From Mobula birostris (lineage: Eukaryota): a DNA stretch of 64,000 nucleotides. The stretch lies in contig NC_092379.1 of the NCBI RefSeq assembly GCF_030028105.1, positions 23,801,821-23,865,820 of the forward strand, written 5' to 3'. Made by a program: the position numbers and the translations under genes. Positions 61,334 through 64,000 of this stretch are shown here, in pieces; position 1 is the stretch's first letter, and each line of letters begins with the position of its first letter. The notes below the pieces were generated by a model that worked only from the letters and a program-made list of their open reading frames with translations, was not told the DNA's origin and did no database searches.

Positions 61334-61864
61334 AATTTTTGTCCCGGTCCAGTCCCGGTCTCTCTCACTGTATCTCTCGCACAGTAATCGGTGGCTGTGT
61401 CTTCCAGACTCAGGTTCTTCATTTGCAGATAAACGGTGCTGCTGTCATTGTAAACCTGGAATCTGCTTTCGACTCCAGGCACGTACTTCTTGTTATCTTT
61501 ATCCCACACAACGGCCACCCATTCCAGCCCTTTCCCGAAGACCAGTTTCACTGTGACAGACCATGTCATAGCTGCTGAGGCTGAACCCGCTGGCTGTACA
61601 GGTCAATCTGTGGGACTGTGCCGGCTTTGCCAACGCTGACTCGGGCTGTGTCAACAGGATATCGGACTGCACGCCTGTCAATAAAAAAAAAAGGAGCAGA
61701 AATTGATAAAAGGACCTCTGACCATAGACTCACAAAGCCTTGGAGAACCACCCGGCCATGGGTAAGTGATAAATTGCGGGTCAGACATCTACTAGGAATA
61801 GCAGAAGAGGACAGATATAAGGAATGGCTCCTATCCTACTCAGCACTGAATGCGACTTGGACAT
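61334..61864 (-). pseudogene. IgH V pseudogene V4: leader 61789-61864, V exon 61373-61674, RSS 61334-61372
   Basis: [39 protein letters not shown]; donor GT>AT; ~4-nt insertion at FR2; heptamer TACAGTG. Confidence 0.93.
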
Positions 61865-62127
61865 TTTTGAGATCGGGGACTTCAACTAAGACCGGATTTA
61901 TCGCGAGCCGACGAGAGCGCTATTCAAAATAAGGCGTAGTTTGCGAGTGAGAGAAGGGGCCATTGCTTCAACACGCTACCACCTACGAGAATCAGAGGCA
62001 CAGTTTGCTGCCCTCGTCCGCATCAGAGGTTTCAATTTTCCAAAGGATGTTAGTCTCTGTCGAGGGAACAGGTCAGCTGCAGTGAGCAGATCGGGGTAGA
62101 AGATCTGTTACACACATCAAGGTTACT

Positions 62128-62390
62128 AGGAAGTAAGTATAGAGGAGATGAGAGCGGTACGATTTTTACATAGAGTGGTTAGTGCATGGATTGGGCTGCC
62201 GGCAGCGGCGATGGAGGCAGAAACAACAGGGTCTTTTAAGAGAGTCCTGGATAGGTAGATGGAGCTTGTAAAACTAGAGGGCTATGGGTAAGCCTAGGTA
62301 TTTCTAGGGTAAGGACACGTTCAGAACAGATTTTTAGGCCGAAGGGCCTGTATTATGCAGTAGGTTTTCTATGTTTCTATGTTGCTATGA
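62128..62390 (+). mobile_element. CR1 3' fragment
   Basis: Same tail as 30479-30661, (TTTCTATG)n. Confidence 0.7.
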
Positions 62391-62424
62391 GAGGCAAACA
62401 ACCCTGGCGAGAACGAATGAGAGA

Positions 62425-62770
62425 TACCTGTCAGTGGACAGGGTTAGCCCTGAAATACAGGGTCTCAGAACCACCAGCCAGTGGAGAAATATCACCCTGT
62501 GAGTCAGGACGTGTGATAGCGGTGTGATAGCAGTTAGTGGACAGCGATTCACTTGTGAGACAGGAACGGAGATACTCGTCAATGGACTAGTTTCCCTTAG
62601 ATACATCGACTGACAGTCTAGACAGTGGACAGATATCCCCCAAGAGTCAGAGACTGAGAGGCATCAGTTAGTGGACAGGTATCTCTCTGAGTGACAGGGA
62701 CTGAGCATACTTTTCAATGGGAAGATGTTCTCCTTATAGACACTGTTCCAGAGCCACCGGACAGTGCACT
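62425..62770. repeat. ~46-bp degenerate array upstream of V4
   Basis: Repeated AGTGGACAG cores. Confidence 0.7.
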
Positions 62771-64000
62771 GGAATGTAACAAGCAACAAAAAGAGTTGCT
62801 CTACAGTTTTCTATCTGCACCCATAGCACGAAAATCAATATGAAGCACACATCCCTGCCTGGAAAAGGATGTAATATTTTCTGATAGCGAATGATATTTA
62901 TCAGAGATCTGACAACATGAATTTCAGCGCCAATTCCTGGGCACGTCTCCCCTCACCATTATTAGAAAACTCTTTTACCTGTTTCAGACAGTGGGAGATG
63001 CAGAACCATCAATAAAATGACCTCAGGTGCAGAAACCATTAGCCGGAGAAGTAGTTGTAGCTTATAACAGTACACTCCTCAGTAGGTTAGCAGGCAAGTA
63101 ATGCTGAATCGGTCGTTATGAATGGAAACTCAGTGGGGAGGGAATCCAAGGTACAGATCATTAGGGTGGGTTGTTTTGTTTGCCCACATTGGTGATGGCA
63201 GCACTGCGTGTCCCAAACCTTGCACCTTCACTCAAATATAAACCGCGCTGATAGAATTACTAATCAAACCAAAGCTCACTCCTGCCCAGGTATTTTTCAG
63301 TCATTAAGCAGGTGTCATTTCTGCACAAATCAGTACAGTATCCATAGATAATGAAGTACTTTCTGAAGTGGATCAGTGTTGTGACTGAAGAAAGGTGGGT
63401 TCCAAATTACATATAACAACCTCTCTGAAATATCATTGGCGTATAAAGAGATTCGGCATTCTGGATGCTGTTTCAGGGATTAATGTTGGGATAGACAGCG
63501 GAGAACGTTCCAAAACATTGATGTCCACCCGACACAACAGCCCCATCATGGCAGTAATCAAAATGGTGAACGTCAAGAGGATCACATCATTGTCGTAAGG
63601 GTTGGAGGCTTGCCTGCTTCAGTGATTCGGAGATCTATGTTGGCTGGCGATAGAAGATTGTGCTTTGGTTCTTGTCGGGGTTACGAATGACAAGCAGCTC
63701 AGAGGTTAGGGCCCAGATTAAGTGTCACTGATCCTCCAGGATCGGGTGTTATGCACAGGGTTAGGAACCCTGACTACACAAAAAATTCTGGAAATAATAA
63801 TAACAATATATATCTCTGTGCGACGGTATTCCTGAATCTCCACGCAGGATTGCATGATTGGCAAGAATGAAAACTGAGAGGAAGCAACACTCACAATGAA
63901 GGAAATCCTGAACGTTGTCATGATCAACACCAAAATTGTTTTTCGAAATGTACGAACTATGTCTGGCTAAGCTGTTATCATTCCACCTACGAACCGCCGT

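Noticed and set aside
61549-61555. Perfect CACAGTG inside V4 FR2
   Set aside because: Created by the small frameshifting insertion; no nonamer at 12 or 23 nt.

Overview
Eukaryotic, repeat-rich DNA that looks like a cartilaginous-fish (shark/ray-type) immunoglobulin heavy-chain region. Organism and isotype are inferred from sequence style only; no search was run. The minus strand carries five head-to-tail IgW-like VH cassettes (leader-V-23RSS, a degenerate D1, a 12/12 D2, J, then decayed C1-set exon relics), at about 0.6-2.0, 12.3-21.9, 28.9-30.2, 39.3-53.2 and 60.1-61.9 kb. They form an ~28-32 kb two-cassette higher-order tandem duplication. Every J and every constant-exon relic is broken. 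One V (52717-53201) is fully intact, a second (21431-21915) has a single stop and a perfect RSS, two are multi-lesion pseudogenes, and one survives only as an orphan perfect RSS. A defective class I (gamma/epsilon-like) endogenous retrovirus with a tRNA-Arg PBS lies between D1 and D2 in two paralogous cassettes. Other elements: a deleted Ty3/gypsy-derived two-LTR element, solo LTRs, CR1, RTE, Rex1-like and L1 fragments, a palindromic insertion, and a ~46-bp degenerate array upstream of every V position. Coordinates of degenerate elements are approximate (tens of bp); V, RSS, D, J, LTR and TSD coordinates were counted by hand.
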